DNA from: Candidatus Parcubacteria bacterium
Lineage (GTDB): Bacteria > Patescibacteriota > Minisyncoccia > Phycocordibacterales > CAIZLB01
NCBI GenBank assembly: GCA_039795775.1
Contig: JBDKLC010000004.1
Location: forward strand, 21,982 to 85,981
Reading direction: 5' to 3'
Length of the DNA: 64,000 nt
Part shown: one piece after another, positions 1-8,908 of the stretch
Numbering within the stretch: the stretch's first letter is position 1
Layout: each line of letters opens with the position of its first letter
Program-made: the position numbers and the translations under genes
The notes under the pieces: model-generated
The model's input: the letters and a program-made list of their open reading frames with translations, nothing else
Databases searched by the model: none
Told to the model about the DNA's origin: nothing

Positions 1-63
1 GATCGTCCATACGTTTGTATTATCACCTACTTTTCCCGAATTTGAAAATCGCTTGTGGTGCAA

Positions 64-669
64 CTAAGCCTGAGTACCAGAATGCTGTGGTCGTTCTTCT
101 CTCTCTTCTCGTGGTTCACGAGTCTCACGTGATTCTCGTGATGAAGAGTTTTTCTTTGGAGAAGAATTCATAACGTACTTTCGAGGATTATCACACATGT
201 CGATAAAGTCGTCTGCTACTTCTCGAAGTTTACTAGAAGATGATTTACCGAAAGCAATAACTTCTACCTGACAACCTTCGTTTGTCTGAAGATATTCTAC
301 GAGTGGACAGAAGTCACCGTCACCTGAGGCGATGATAACTGTGTCGAGTTTTGGCGCAAGCTTAATAGCATCAACCGCGAGACCTACGTCCCAGTCGGCT
401 TTCTTTGCTCCACCTGTAAAGATTTGAAGGTTTTTTGTTTTAGCTTCAATGCCAAGTTTTCCAAGAGCGTCGAAGAAGTTGTTCTCTTCCCCACTTTCTG
501 TAGAGATTACGTATGCAACTGCTCGAATAAGAGCTCGTCCTGCTACGGCATCCTTCATGATCGCTCCGAAGTTTACACGACCATGATAAAGATTTTTTGC
601 ACTATGATAAAGATTTTGAGTATCGATAAAAATACCTACTCGCTGTTCTTTGTGTTTGATTACTGTCAT
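64..669 (-). CDS. NYN-domain (LabA-like) protein with low-complexity Ser/Arg/Glu-rich C-terminal tail
   Basis: 201-aa ORF; N-terminal region GIFIDTQNLYHSA...VIIASGDGDF matches the NYN/LabA nuclease-like fold motif pattern (FIDxxN...SGDGD). Confidence 0.65.
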   Translation of the reverse strand: MTVIKHKEQRVGIFIDTQNLYHSAKNLYHGRVNFGAIMKDAVAGRALIRAVAYVISTESGEENNFFDALGKLGIEAKTKNLQIFTGGAKKADWDVGLAVDAIKLAPKLDTVIIASGDGDFCPLVEYLQTNEGCQVEVIAFGKSSSSKLREVADDFIDMCDNPRKYVMNSSPKKNSSSRESRETREPREEREERPQHSGTQA

Positions 670-811
670 AAAAGGGTGTTTGTGTGGTCATCATTAATGA
701 AGCCAACAAACTTAAATTTAAATTATAAAAATTATCACGTACCGAAGTCACATATATAAAAACTTGCACAGTTCTTGCACTATTAGTGACGTATGTATTG
801 TATCAAAAGCA

Positions 812-833
812 AACGCTCCTTTGAAAGGAGCGA
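812..833 (-). terminator. Rho-independent terminator downstream of rpsO (minus strand)
   Basis: Hairpin CGCTCCTTTGAAAGGAGCG followed on minus strand by T-rich run. Confidence 0.5.
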
Positions 834-837
834 AGTG

Positions 838-1113
838 CTAGGCAGTCTTTGATTTGAGTCCGAGTTTCTTGATAACTGTTTCGTATCGCTTTTCACTCTT
901 CTTTTTCAAATACTTGAGATGTGTCTGTCGGTCAGCTACGAGCTGAAGGAGTCCACGTCGAGAGTGGTTATCTTTCGCATGCTTTTTGAGATGCGTAGTA
1001 AGCTCTTCGATTCTCTTTGTAATCAAAGCAATCTGAACATCAGGAGAACCTGTGTCTTTGTCATGAATTTTGACTTCTTTGATTGTTTTCTGCTTTTTTG
1101 ACTTCGTTAACAT
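838..1113 (-). CDS. rpsO: 30S ribosomal protein S15
   Basis: 91 aa; [38 protein letters not shown] is the conserved S15 core. Confidence 0.9.
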   Translation of the reverse strand: MLTKSKKQKTIKEVKIHDKDTGSPDVQIALITKRIEELTTHLKKHAKDNHSRRGLLQLVADRQTHLKYLKKKSEKRYETVIKKLGLKSKTA

Positions 1114-1235
1114 GATGTATAGATATTAGCATGAAAGCTTTATTTTAGCAAGGTATATAGGCCTATTATGACAATCCCCCCTCTTTTTTCGGTCTACTTC
1201 GGTAGTATTGTGGCCAATTTGCTATACTATTTATC

Positions 1236-2129
1236 ATGTCGCACAATCTCACTCAGTTAAAGCGTCAGTTCCTCGAACATATCGAAATTGAAAAAGGCCG
1301 AAGCCTAAAAACCGTCGAAAACTACGATAGATACCTCACAGCTTTCCTTGCCTACCTCAAATCGGACTCCCCAAGTGCCATTACTGCAGACACCGTTCGA
1401 GAGTACCGTCTCTGGCTCAATCGAAAGGTGGTGCAAATTAAGGCTGGAAGATCAGAAACCCTCAAAAAACGTACCCAAAACTACTATCTCATTGCCCTTC
1501 GGTCTTTCCTTAAATACATTGCAAAAAGAGAGATCAAGAGCCTTCCTGGGGACACTATTGAGCTTGCAAAGGTTCCGGAACGTTCGTTGGACCTCATTAC
1601 TCACGATGAGCTTATGCGTCTATTAAATGGCCCAGAATCTGAAGAAAATGAGCTTAAGCGTCTGCGAGATAAGGCTATTTTAGAGATGTTTTTCTCGACA
1701 GGACTGCGAGTTTCAGAGCTTTGTACCCTTCCCCATGATCTCGACCTTACAAAAGATGAATTTTCAGTCCGTGGAAAAGGAGAAAAGGTCCGAGTTGTAT
1801 TCCTCTCAGATGAGGCTAAGGCGGCAGTCAAAGCCTACACAGATAAGTTGCCTGATATCGATACAGATAGACTTTTTGATGTTACTCCGAGGTCTGTAGA
1901 GCGTTTAGTTAAGTATTATGCCATTAAGGCAGGTATCTCTAAGAAAGTCACTCCACACGTTATTCGGCACAGTTTTGCTACGGATTTGCTTCAAAATGGC
2001 GCTGATTTACGATCTGTACAAATGCTTTTAGGCCATGCAAATATTACGACAACCCAGATTTATACTCACGTAACAGACAAACACCTCCAGCAAGTACACA
2101 AAAACTTCCACAGCAAGAGAAATCGATAG
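1236..2129 (+). CDS. Tyrosine site-specific recombinase, XerC/XerD family
   Basis: 297 aa; C-terminal catalytic motifs HVIRHSFATDLL...LLGHANITTTQIYTHV (R-H-R-Y integrase fold); TATACT -10 element 7 nt upstream of ATG. Confidence 0.85.
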   Translation: MSHNLTQLKRQFLEHIEIEKGRSLKTVENYDRYLTAFLAYLKSDSPSAITADTVREYRLWLNRKVVQIKAGRSETLKKRTQNYYLIALRSFLKYIAKREIKSLPGDTIELAKVPERSLDLITHDELMRLLNGPESEENELKRLRDKAILEMFFSTGLRVSELCTLPHDLDLTKDEFSVRGKGEKVRVVFLSDEAKAAVKAYTDKLPDIDTDRLFDVTPRSVERLVKYYAIKAGISKKVTPHVIRHSFATDLLQNGADLRSVQMLLGHANITTTQIYTHVTDKHLQQVHKNFHSKRNR

Positions 2130-2177
2130 AAAAAGTGATTCCCTATGCTAGACTAAGGGTACTTTCACATTTTCTTT

Positions 2178-2996
2178 ATGAAAAATTCTAAAAAAGTTCA
2201 CACAATTGTGTCTTGGAACGTAAATGGTATTCGTGCTGTTATAAAAAAGGGCAATTTTCAAGATTTTTTGGCTACGTACGACCCAGATATCCTTTGCCTT
2301 CAAGAGACTAAAGCAGAGCAACACCAAAAAGAAATTGATTTACCTCAATATACTGAGTATTGGAATTCAGCTACAAAGAAGGGCTACTCCGGTACAGCTA
2401 TTTTTACAAAAACGAAGCCTCTTTCAGTAGTGAATGGCTTTCCCGCTGCTATTATCAAGAAATATGCAGTAAATGGCGATAAATATGGCGATCCCAACAC
2501 AGAAGGCCGTATTGTCGCTGCTGAGTTTGAACATTTTTATATTGTTACAGTTTATACACCTAATGCTAAGGACGACCTAAGTAGAGTGCCTCTTCGACAC
2601 AAGCAGTGGGATCCGGCTTTTTTGGCTTACTGTAAGCTTTTAGAGAAGAAAAAACCTGTTATTTTCTGTGGCGATCTCAATGTGGCTCATACACCAGACG
2701 ATCTTGCACGACCAAAGGAAAACGTGGGCATGAAAGGGTTTACCGATGAAGAACGAGCAGGTTTCCAGAATTTTATCGATGCAGGATTTATTGATACATT
2801 CAGAAAGTTCCACAAAGGAAACGGTTTTTATACATGGTGGTCAAATTGGTCTAATGCGCGAGAACGAAATGTTGGCTGGAGAATCGATTATTTCCTCGTG
2901 TCACCTACTCTCGAAAAAGATATTGTTTCAGCCAATATTCTCGCTGACGTATACGGCTCAGATCACTGTCCTATTGTCTTGAATATTCGAGTCTAA
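2178..2996 (+). CDS. xth: Exodeoxyribonuclease III (AP endonuclease, ExoIII/Xth family)
   Basis: 272 aa; N-terminal IVSWNVNGIRA...LCLQETK and C-terminal SDHCPI motifs typical of ExoIII. Confidence 0.85.
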   Translation: MKNSKKVHTIVSWNVNGIRAVIKKGNFQDFLATYDPDILCLQETKAEQHQKEIDLPQYTEYWNSATKKGYSGTAIFTKTKPLSVVNGFPAAIIKKYAVNGDKYGDPNTEGRIVAAEFEHFYIVTVYTPNAKDDLSRVPLRHKQWDPAFLAYCKLLEKKKPVIFCGDLNVAHTPDDLARPKENVGMKGFTDEERAGFQNFIDAGFIDTFRKFHKGNGFYTWWSNWSNARERNVGWRIDYFLVSPTLEKDIVSANILADVYGSDHCPIVLNIRV

Positions 2997-3533
2997 TTTG
3001 TTGTGTCCGACAAGTTTTTTGATTCAAAAAAACAGCACAAATTATAAAAGTCAAAAGTTATCCACAGATTCGTAATATTGTCCTTTACATGTCTTTTAAA
3101 GTGTATACAATGTAAAGCAGGTTAGCGCTCCACTGTCCCCGCGCATTGTCCTTTACAGGCTAGGTAATCTCGAAAGATTGAAGGTTAATTTGATTTGAGG
3201 CGGAAACAAATTCTCGCTATATCATATAGACACAGTTAGTGTCACAAATTTTTGGGATTTAGTTCCCTACTTCCTTTCTCGTTATCTCTTCAATAACACG
3301 ATTACAAGCCACTCTCGTTATAAGGGCTGCACCCGGACATTTTTCAATTAGCGCCGCGTGTGGCTCTTTTTGTTTACAATTTTTTATACAGGATAGATTC
3401 GAAACCTTTGACTTCTAGCTGCAATGTTTCTTGTGTAACACACTCTGCCTTGTTATTCACCCACTAGGATGCATGCCTATTTAAGAAAAAAGCCCTATAA
3501 ATAGGGCTTTTTTCTTGTTTCATGAGAAACAGG

Positions 3534-5054
3534 TTACTTAACGTAGTGTTTCTTGTTGATTTCGTCCATTAGTTGGGCTTCCTCCTCTTCTTTTCTACGT
3601 TTACCTTCTTGTCCTTTCTCTTTTAGTTCAGCTTCAGATAGACTTGAGAGCTCTGTTGAGCGCTTTTCGAGATATTCCACCGTGTTTAGTGCTGGATCCT
3701 CAAGTACTTCTTCAAGCAATGCATGAAGAATAAAGCCAATCTTAGGTCCTGGTGTTACATGTGTAACGTCCATAAGCCGTTTACCATCTATCTTGAGCAT
3801 CCCTACAGTAACTGGATCTCTGAGTACCTGCTCAATCATTGCTTGGTATTTTCTGAATCTATATGGGTTTTCCTTTGGTCTGCCAGTTCCTATTCGATCA
3901 CATATTCGTAGATTTATGAGGTCCCAAATGCTTTCCTCCCCTACATTGGCTACCATACGTCGAACAGCTGATAATGTAATCTGCTCTGTGTCTGAGAAAA
4001 ACATATGCCATCGAACCAGTTTCGTAACTGTCTCTATCGTTTTTGTTGGAAACTTCAGGTTTTTAAGGATCTTCTCTGTCATTCTCGCCCCTACTACCTC
4101 ATGTCCATAAAAGGTTACATCTCCTTTGTCGTCTGAGTAACGGCTAGTTCGAGGTTTACCGACGTCATGGAGCAAAGCCGCTAGTCTTACCTCAAATGGG
4201 TATTTCTTATCGGCTGCGTGCTGTACAGAGCGTAAGAGGTGCTCAAATACAGTATATGCATGTGCTTGATTTTGTTTCGCGTGTAACCCTTCTTCTAACT
4301 CTGGGATGATATAGCCTAGAATGCCTAACCGTTGAGCTAAACCCAATCCGAGCATTGGTTGATCTGAATTAAGAAGTTTTACAAGCTCGTCTCTAATGCG
4401 CTCCTTTGAAATCTTCTCAAGTACTGCCTTTTGAGCCACTATAGCCTCTGCTGTCTCAGTGTTAATCGTGAAACCTAAATCCGCGGCTAATCTTATGGCT
4501 CTTATGATTCTAAGGCCATCCTCTTTAAACCGGGTACCCGCATCCCCCACTGCTTTTAGTAGTGAGTCCTTTAGATCCTCTTGTCCATTATAAAGGTCAA
4601 TTATATGTCCTTTATCTATATCTAGGGCCATGGCGTTTATAGTGAAGTCACGTCTTTTAAGATCGTCTTCGAGCTTTGTGCTGAATGCTATCTCATTTGG
4701 GTGTCGTCCATCACTGTAGTCCCCTTCTATTCTGTACGGTGTTACCTCAACAACTTTGAGAGTTGGATCTTCTGTCGATTCTGATACTACACCTACAGTT
4801 CCAAATTTGTTTTCATAAAAGGTATTTGGAAAACCAGCAATGATCTGCTCTGGTGTTGCATTGGTTGTGAGGTCCCAGTCTTTAGGTGCTCTATTGAGAA
4901 GTAAGTCTCTCACACATCCCCCTACAAGATATGCCTCATAGCCCGCTGCTTTAAGCTGGTTTGATATTTCAAGTATTTCCTTTGGTATATGAGATATATT
5001 CATCATTTGAGCCTTCATTTCGCAATTGTAGTATAGGTTTTGATTTTTAGCCAT
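3534..5054 (-). CDS. cca: CCA-adding tRNA nucleotidyltransferase with HD domain (start could alternatively be the internal Met ~17 codons downstream)
   Basis: 506 aa; LVGGCVRDLLL nucleotidyltransferase head motif, HD-domain LHDVGK; bidirectional hairpin terminator at 3487-3520. Confidence 0.8.
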   Translation of the reverse strand: MAKNQNLYYNCEMKAQMMNISHIPKEILEISNQLKAAGYEAYLVGGCVRDLLLNRAPKDWDLTTNATPEQIIAGFPNTFYENKFGTVGVVSESTEDPTLKVVEVTPYRIEGDYSDGRHPNEIAFSTKLEDDLKRRDFTINAMALDIDKGHIIDLYNGQEDLKDSLLKAVGDAGTRFKEDGLRIIRAIRLAADLGFTINTETAEAIVAQKAVLEKISKERIRDELVKLLNSDQPMLGLGLAQRLGILGYIIPELEEGLHAKQNQAHAYTVFEHLLRSVQHAADKKYPFEVRLAALLHDVGKPRTSRYSDDKGDVTFYGHEVVGARMTEKILKNLKFPTKTIETVTKLVRWHMFFSDTEQITLSAVRRMVANVGEESIWDLINLRICDRIGTGRPKENPYRFRKYQAMIEQVLRDPVTVGMLKIDGKRLMDVTHVTPGPKIGFILHALLEEVLEDPALNTVEYLEKRSTELSSLSEAELKEKGQEGKRRKEEEEAQLMDEINKKHYVK

Positions 5055-5108
5055 TTATAATGTATGATGCCAATTACGCAATAGAAAGTAATACGTTTAT
5101 TGTGAATT

Positions 5109-5180
5109 GCACTTGTGGTGAAATGGATATCACAACGGTCTTCGGAACCGTTATTCTAGGTTCGAATCCTGGCAGGTGCA
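5109..5180 (+). tRNA. tRNA-Arg (anticodon TCG), no encoded CCA
   Basis: Manual cloverleaf fold: 7-bp acceptor GCACTTG/CAGGTGC (one G-U), D-arm GTGA/TCAC, anticodon stem ACGGT/ACCGT with loop CTTCGGA, T-loop TTCGAAT. Confidence 0.6.
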
Positions 5181-5221
5181 CAATTACCCTACTCTACTGA
5201 GTAGATAGTAAGAAATACAAT

Positions 5222-5292
5222 GCGGGTATGGTTTAGTGGTAGAACACGTCCTTGCCAAGGATGAGACGGGAGTTCGATTCTCCCTACCCGCA
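5222..5292 (+). tRNA. tRNA-Gly (anticodon GCC)
   Basis: Acceptor GCGGGTA/TACCCGC, anticodon loop TTGCCAA, T-arm GGGAG-TTCGATT-CTCCC; followed by hairpin terminator 5305-5335. Confidence 0.8.
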
Positions 5293-5631
5293 CCCAAGAA
5301 GAAGGCTCACTCTATATAGAGTGAGCTTTCTTCATTCTTACGCTATAAAAAAGCCCCGGAAAAGCCTTTAGACAGTTGTCCCAAAACTGTGGATAACTCT
5401 GTGTATATGTGTATAAAAGACAGAGTCCTTGATTTATAGGGACAATTGGTATTTGCATACTTTTTCGATAAATGGCTAACTTGCAAGGTGTTTTGGCTTT
5501 TAAGGACTTTAGACCAATATATTAAAATGTGGCACGTGAAACATATATTTTTGGTGTTAATCAGAGCATTTTATCTAGAATTTATTATATTTTTAGCCTT
5601 TCTTTATCATCGGAGGTCTATATTGTTTTTT

Positions 5632-6042
5632 ATGAAACTAAAAAATAAAAATTCAAATCAAAAGGTCAGCACCGGTAAAAAAGGGGAGTTGGTAGCTGAA
5701 AGATATTTGATCAAAAAGGGATACGAGGTCCTTGATAAGAACTATAGGAAGAAAGTAGGGGAAATAGACATTATTTGTAAAAAGGACGATATTTTACACT
5801 TTGTTGAAGTAAAGACAGTAAAAGTACCATATCCTGTCGAATTAAACCTGGGTATTCGACCAGAGGATAAACTAACCAAGCTAAAAGTAGGAAAAATTCG
5901 TACTGTAGGTGGAATGTATATAAAAGAAAGGGGATTAGTAGGTTTAGAGTATAAAATTGATGCCATAGCCGTATACCTTGGCTATACCAATAAAATTCTA
6001 CAGAGAGTTCAGGTTAAGTATATTCCGGCGATCAATGTTTAA
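5632..6042 (+). CDS. YraN-family (UPF0102) endonuclease-like protein
   Basis: GELVAERYLIKKGYEVLDKNYRKKVGEIDIICKKDDILHFVEVKT matches the YraN/UPF0102 signature; the longer ORF from 5446 is probably upstream read-through. Confidence 0.65.
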   Translation: MKLKNKNSNQKVSTGKKGELVAERYLIKKGYEVLDKNYRKKVGEIDIICKKDDILHFVEVKTVKVPYPVELNLGIRPEDKLTKLKVGKIRTVGGMYIKERGLVGLEYKIDAIAVYLGYTNKILQRVQVKYIPAINV

Positions 6043-6101
6043 TTTGTAATCAAATTGTACTCAAAGTTTGAGCCAAATTTTAATATGTGCTAAGCTGTTC
6101 T

Positions 6102-6177
6102 TGGTTTATAACGGGGTGTAGTGTAACGGCTAACATGCTTCACTTGGGCTGAAGTGACTCCGGGTTCGAATCCCGGC
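6102..6177 (+). tRNA. tRNA-Pro (anticodon TGG) with encoded CCA
   Basis: Acceptor CGGGGTG/CACCCCG, anticodon stem CTTCA/TGAAG loop CTTGGGC, T-arm CCGGG-TTCGAAT-CCCGG, then A-CCA. Confidence 0.8.
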
Positions 6178-6193
6178 ACCCCGACCAACAAGA

Positions 6194-6508
6194 ATGGATA
6201 CTCAAACAAAAAAGTTTACAAGAAAGAAGGAAGACTTCGTTTGTGAACACTGTAAGGCAGAAGTAAAGGGAAGTGGCTATACCAACCACTGTCCGGTATG
6301 TCTTTGGAGCAAACACGTAGATATTAACCCTGGTGACAGAGCGGCTCTTTGCCTTGGAATGATGAAACCTAAGAAAATTGAGGGACCGACAGATAAGTTC
6401 ATGATTGTTCATGAATGTATCGTCTGTGGCTATACAAAGCGAAATAGAATGGAGTCTAATGACTCATATGACGCTGCAGCTGCTATTGTGAAGTCTTCAA
6501 TCCGGTAA
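6194..6508 (+). CDS. RNHCP-domain zinc-ribbon protein
   Basis: 104 aa with CEHC...YTNHCPVC...CIVC; the NHCP tetrad and paired Cys motifs fit the RNHCP domain family. Confidence 0.55.
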   Translation: MDTQTKKFTRKKEDFVCEHCKAEVKGSGYTNHCPVCLWSKHVDINPGDRAALCLGMMKPKKIEGPTDKFMIVHECIVCGYTKRNRMESNDSYDAAAAIVKSSIR

Positions 6509-7808
6509 TAAGCAGTGATCGAAGGCGTTCTCTCTGAGAAGCGTCAAAATCCTCTTTGAGTGTCTGAGTACTAAGAGAAAGTATTTCAGAAAGGCTTGAT
6601 CTCTTATAGAGCGAAAGAGTTTCGTTTATATGTCGTACGGTTATTGCGTGTACGTATTTTCGGTCTAGGTTGTTACTAGAGAGTATTGTGGTAATCATAC
6701 CGATTAGATTGCCGTGTTCGTCTGTAACAGCCCCTCCTGAAGAGCCTGGTTCAGCTATAGGGGTAGTCTGAGTCTGGATCAGGTCAATATATTTACCATT
6801 GAAACTAAAGTAGTCTCGAACTGTTGTATTATCGACAAGACTTCTCAAAAGACTATTTATACTTTGTTTTTGGAGTACGAGGGCAGGGTACGCAGCAAGG
6901 ATAATCTTCTGATTTACATAAGGAGTCTCAGCAATACTCACGAGGGGGAGATATGAGAAAGACTGAGCGTTTTGGCCGTCATTCTTGAGTTTTAATAGGG
7001 CAAAATCAAATTCTCCAGTTTCCTGTGGTCTTTCTTGTGCGAGATTTTTGTAGTTAATCTCGACCCATCGTGGAGAAATATAGAGAATATCGAGGTCGTA
7101 GCTTACAGAAGTAGGGGAACCGAGGCGGGCACTACATTTTAGATTGATATTTGAAAAGTCTTTTAATAGCAATAGATATTGAGCTACGTGGGCGTTTGTA
7201 AGCACAATTCCTCTAGAATCTATGATTGTTCCACTTCCTGTGAGGATTTTCTCAGTGTTTCCTTCTTTTGTGGTGCAGTAGATGTTTACAAGTGAATTTT
7301 GAATTCGGGCCTGTAACTCATTTGATTCTGTTGGCAAAGCAATCTTCTGAACTGGCTCAGGTGTGTAAAATACTGTTGTACTGGCAACAAGAATCTTTTT
7401 TGTTGTGGTAGATGTATTTGAAAGAGGAGAGTTATCGTTGAATGTCCCATCTATTCGTGGTGTTTGAGGTGCTTTTGGATCTAAGGTCTTAATCGAGGTC
7501 TTAGCAGATTGGGATGTTGTAGCCGTAATAGCGACTTTTTGAATGATTTTTGGACCTGATGTTGGTGTTGAGGCCTTTTTTGAAGAAACTTTTGTAGAAG
7601 TAGCCGTACCTGTTATTTTAAGTACAGGCTCTTTTTGGGTAAGGGGAATAGATGTGTCTTGAATCTTGAGTTGCTGCTCTACCGCAGTAGGAAGAGGTTG
7701 TGTCGGTGTAGCCGCAGGTGGAAGGGGGGTAGAAGATCCAGTAATAAGGGTAGTAATACCAACAATAGAAGAGACAATCTTTTGGCCAATTTTTTCGATT
7801 AATGTCAT
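6483..7808 (-). CDS. Membrane-anchored trypsin-like (S1 family) serine protease with Pro/Thr-rich linker
   Basis: 441 aa; N-terminal TM helix, TPLPPAATPTQPLP linker, catalytic motifs TNAHV (His) and GSSGGAV (Ser). Confidence 0.7.
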   Translation of the reverse strand: MTLIEKIGQKIVSSIVGITTLITGSSTPLPPAATPTQPLPTAVEQQLKIQDTSIPLTQKEPVLKITGTATSTKVSSKKASTPTSGPKIIQKVAITATTSQSAKTSIKTLDPKAPQTPRIDGTFNDNSPLSNTSTTTKKILVASTTVFYTPEPVQKIALPTESNELQARIQNSLVNIYCTTKEGNTEKILTGSGTIIDSRGIVLTNAHVAQYLLLLKDFSNINLKCSARLGSPTSVSYDLDILYISPRWVEINYKNLAQERPQETGEFDFALLKLKNDGQNAQSFSYLPLVSIAETPYVNQKIILAAYPALVLQKQSINSLLRSLVDNTTVRDYFSFNGKYIDLIQTQTTPIAEPGSSGGAVTDEHGNLIGMITTILSSNNLDRKYVHAITVRHINETLSLYKRSSLSEILSLSTQTLKEDFDASQRERLRSLLITGLKTSQ

Positions 7809-7862
7809 GGGCAGAGTATAGCAAATTGTCTTTCTAATGTCTGTTTGCTATAGTATCCGTAC

Positions 7863-7936
7863 GCGGGATTGGTTTAGTGGTAGAATGACTGCCTTCCAAG
7901 CAGTAGACAAGGGTTCGATTCCCTTATCCCGCACCA
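7863..7936 (+). tRNA. tRNA-Gly (anticodon TCC) with encoded CCA
   Basis: Acceptor GCGGGAT/ATCCCGC, anticodon stem ACTGC/GCAGT loop CTTCCAA, T-arm AAGGG-TTCGATT-CCCTT, A-CCA. Confidence 0.8.
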
Positions 7937-8067
7937 GATAACAGAACAATAAAAAATATGACATATTTTCTTATTACTATCTTTGTGATCGTCTTGATTG
8001 GTTTCTTTATTACTCGAAAGCGAGGAATGTAAGTAGTAGACAGTTAGTATCTAAGTATAAATTGAAG

Positions 8068-8101
8068 GGTCCCCGCCGGCGTAGCCAGGCGGGGACCTTT
8101 T
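8068..8101 (+). terminator. GC-rich perfect hairpin terminator (GGTCCCCGCC-n10-GGCGGGGACC + TTTT)
   Basis: 10-bp perfect inverted repeat followed by TTTT on plus strand; sits between tRNA-Gly/mini-ORF and a GC-rich minus-strand gene. Confidence 0.55.
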
Positions 8102-8138
8102 GATGTTGTGAATCACGATATACAGGAGGTGAGTCGAG

Positions 8139-8693
8139 TTAGATCGTGACGTTAGGTTTGGGTGGATCCTGCGGTTGTATTTCGAGCAGTTGGTTGAACA
8201 TCTCCTTTTCGAGTTTGAGTCGCTCGAGGGGAGATTTGTCCCGCATCTTATCGATATAATCGATAAACACCTTACTACCCTTGTCATCGAGCGGAACAGG
8301 TTTGGCGTGATTTCCGTCATACAGAATGCTTACGACAATGCCACTTCTGAAATACGACACCATGCTGGGGTCACACTGTATGGTGAGTTCCGAGGGTTCG
8401 GAACTCCATTCATTGGTGACTAAGAGCATTCGCCCGTTCACGGTCAGCTCGCCGAAGCCATCGAATGATGCGCTATCGATGAGGTAGGTCTCCACCATGG
8501 TGTCTTCGGGTTGGACGAGGACTATTTTGTATTCGATGGTCTGGGGAGCCCTCGACGTCAGGAATGATAGCCTGTGGTTGATTTCGAATGCTAGATGTAG
8601 CAGGCAGACGGCTACAAACGCAAGCCCGATGATCAGGCCAAGGATACTTTTACGCGCAGTACCAGCGCTATTGTTGGATGGGTTGGTATTCAT
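8139..8693 (-). CDS. Hypothetical signal-anchored protein in a GC-rich (foreign-looking) segment
   Basis: ORF 8139-8759; likely start MNTNPSNN at 8693 followed by a TM helix ILGLIIGLAFVAVCLL; local GC and codon use (cgc/ggc/gcc) differ from the flanking genes. Confidence 0.45.
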   Translation of the reverse strand: MNTNPSNNSAGTARKSILGLIIGLAFVAVCLLHLAFEINHRLSFLTSRAPQTIEYKIVLVQPEDTMVETYLIDSASFDGFGELTVNGRMLLVTNEWSSEPSELTIQCDPSMVSYFRSGIVVSILYDGNHAKPVPLDDKGSKVFIDYIDKMRDKSPLERLKLEKEMFNQLLEIQPQDPPKPNVTI

Positions 8694-8833
8694 CAATCTG
8701 CACAGAAATATGCACAAATAAAAACAGAGGAGCAATCTGTACAAATTGATGAATATCAACTTGAAAAGATCTTACTGAGCCTGATAGTACAACTTTAAAA
8801 TTCTTCGTCAATTAAAAGTGTAGAAAATAACAT

Positions 8834-8868
8834 AAACAAAAAATCCGCATTGCTGCGGATTTTTTGTG
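8834..8868 (-). terminator. Rho-independent terminator of hup
   Basis: AATCCGCA-ttgc-TGCGGATT hairpin with T-runs on both sides. Confidence 0.6.
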
Positions 8869-8908
8869 TGGGTTGTATTCGAAACTGAAATATAAGTAGA
8901 GTTCTTAC

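Noticed and set aside
424-759. 111-aa plus-strand ORF antisense to the NYN-domain gene
   Set aside because: Lies entirely within or antisense to a well-supported minus-strand CDS; low-complexity product; typical shadow ORF.
919-1101. 60-aa ORF antisense to rpsO
   Set aside because: Fully contained in the rpsO coding region on the opposite strand.
5088-5300. tmRNA or other tRNA-like structured RNA near the tRNA cluster
   Set aside because: The T-loop-like GGTTCGA(A/T)TCC occurrences are all accounted for by the four canonical tRNAs; no tmRNA-type resume-codon/tag region found.
3001-5450. Chromosomal replication origin (oriC)
   Set aside because: Only two isolated perfect DnaA boxes 2.3 kb apart, no cluster of boxes, no AT-rich DUE adjacent to a box cluster, and no dnaA/dnaN genes nearby.
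6140-6412. 90-aa minus-strand ORF overlapping tRNA-Pro and the RNHCP gene
   Set aside because: Overlaps a confidently folded tRNA and a better-supported CDS; Cys/Ser-rich nonsense product.
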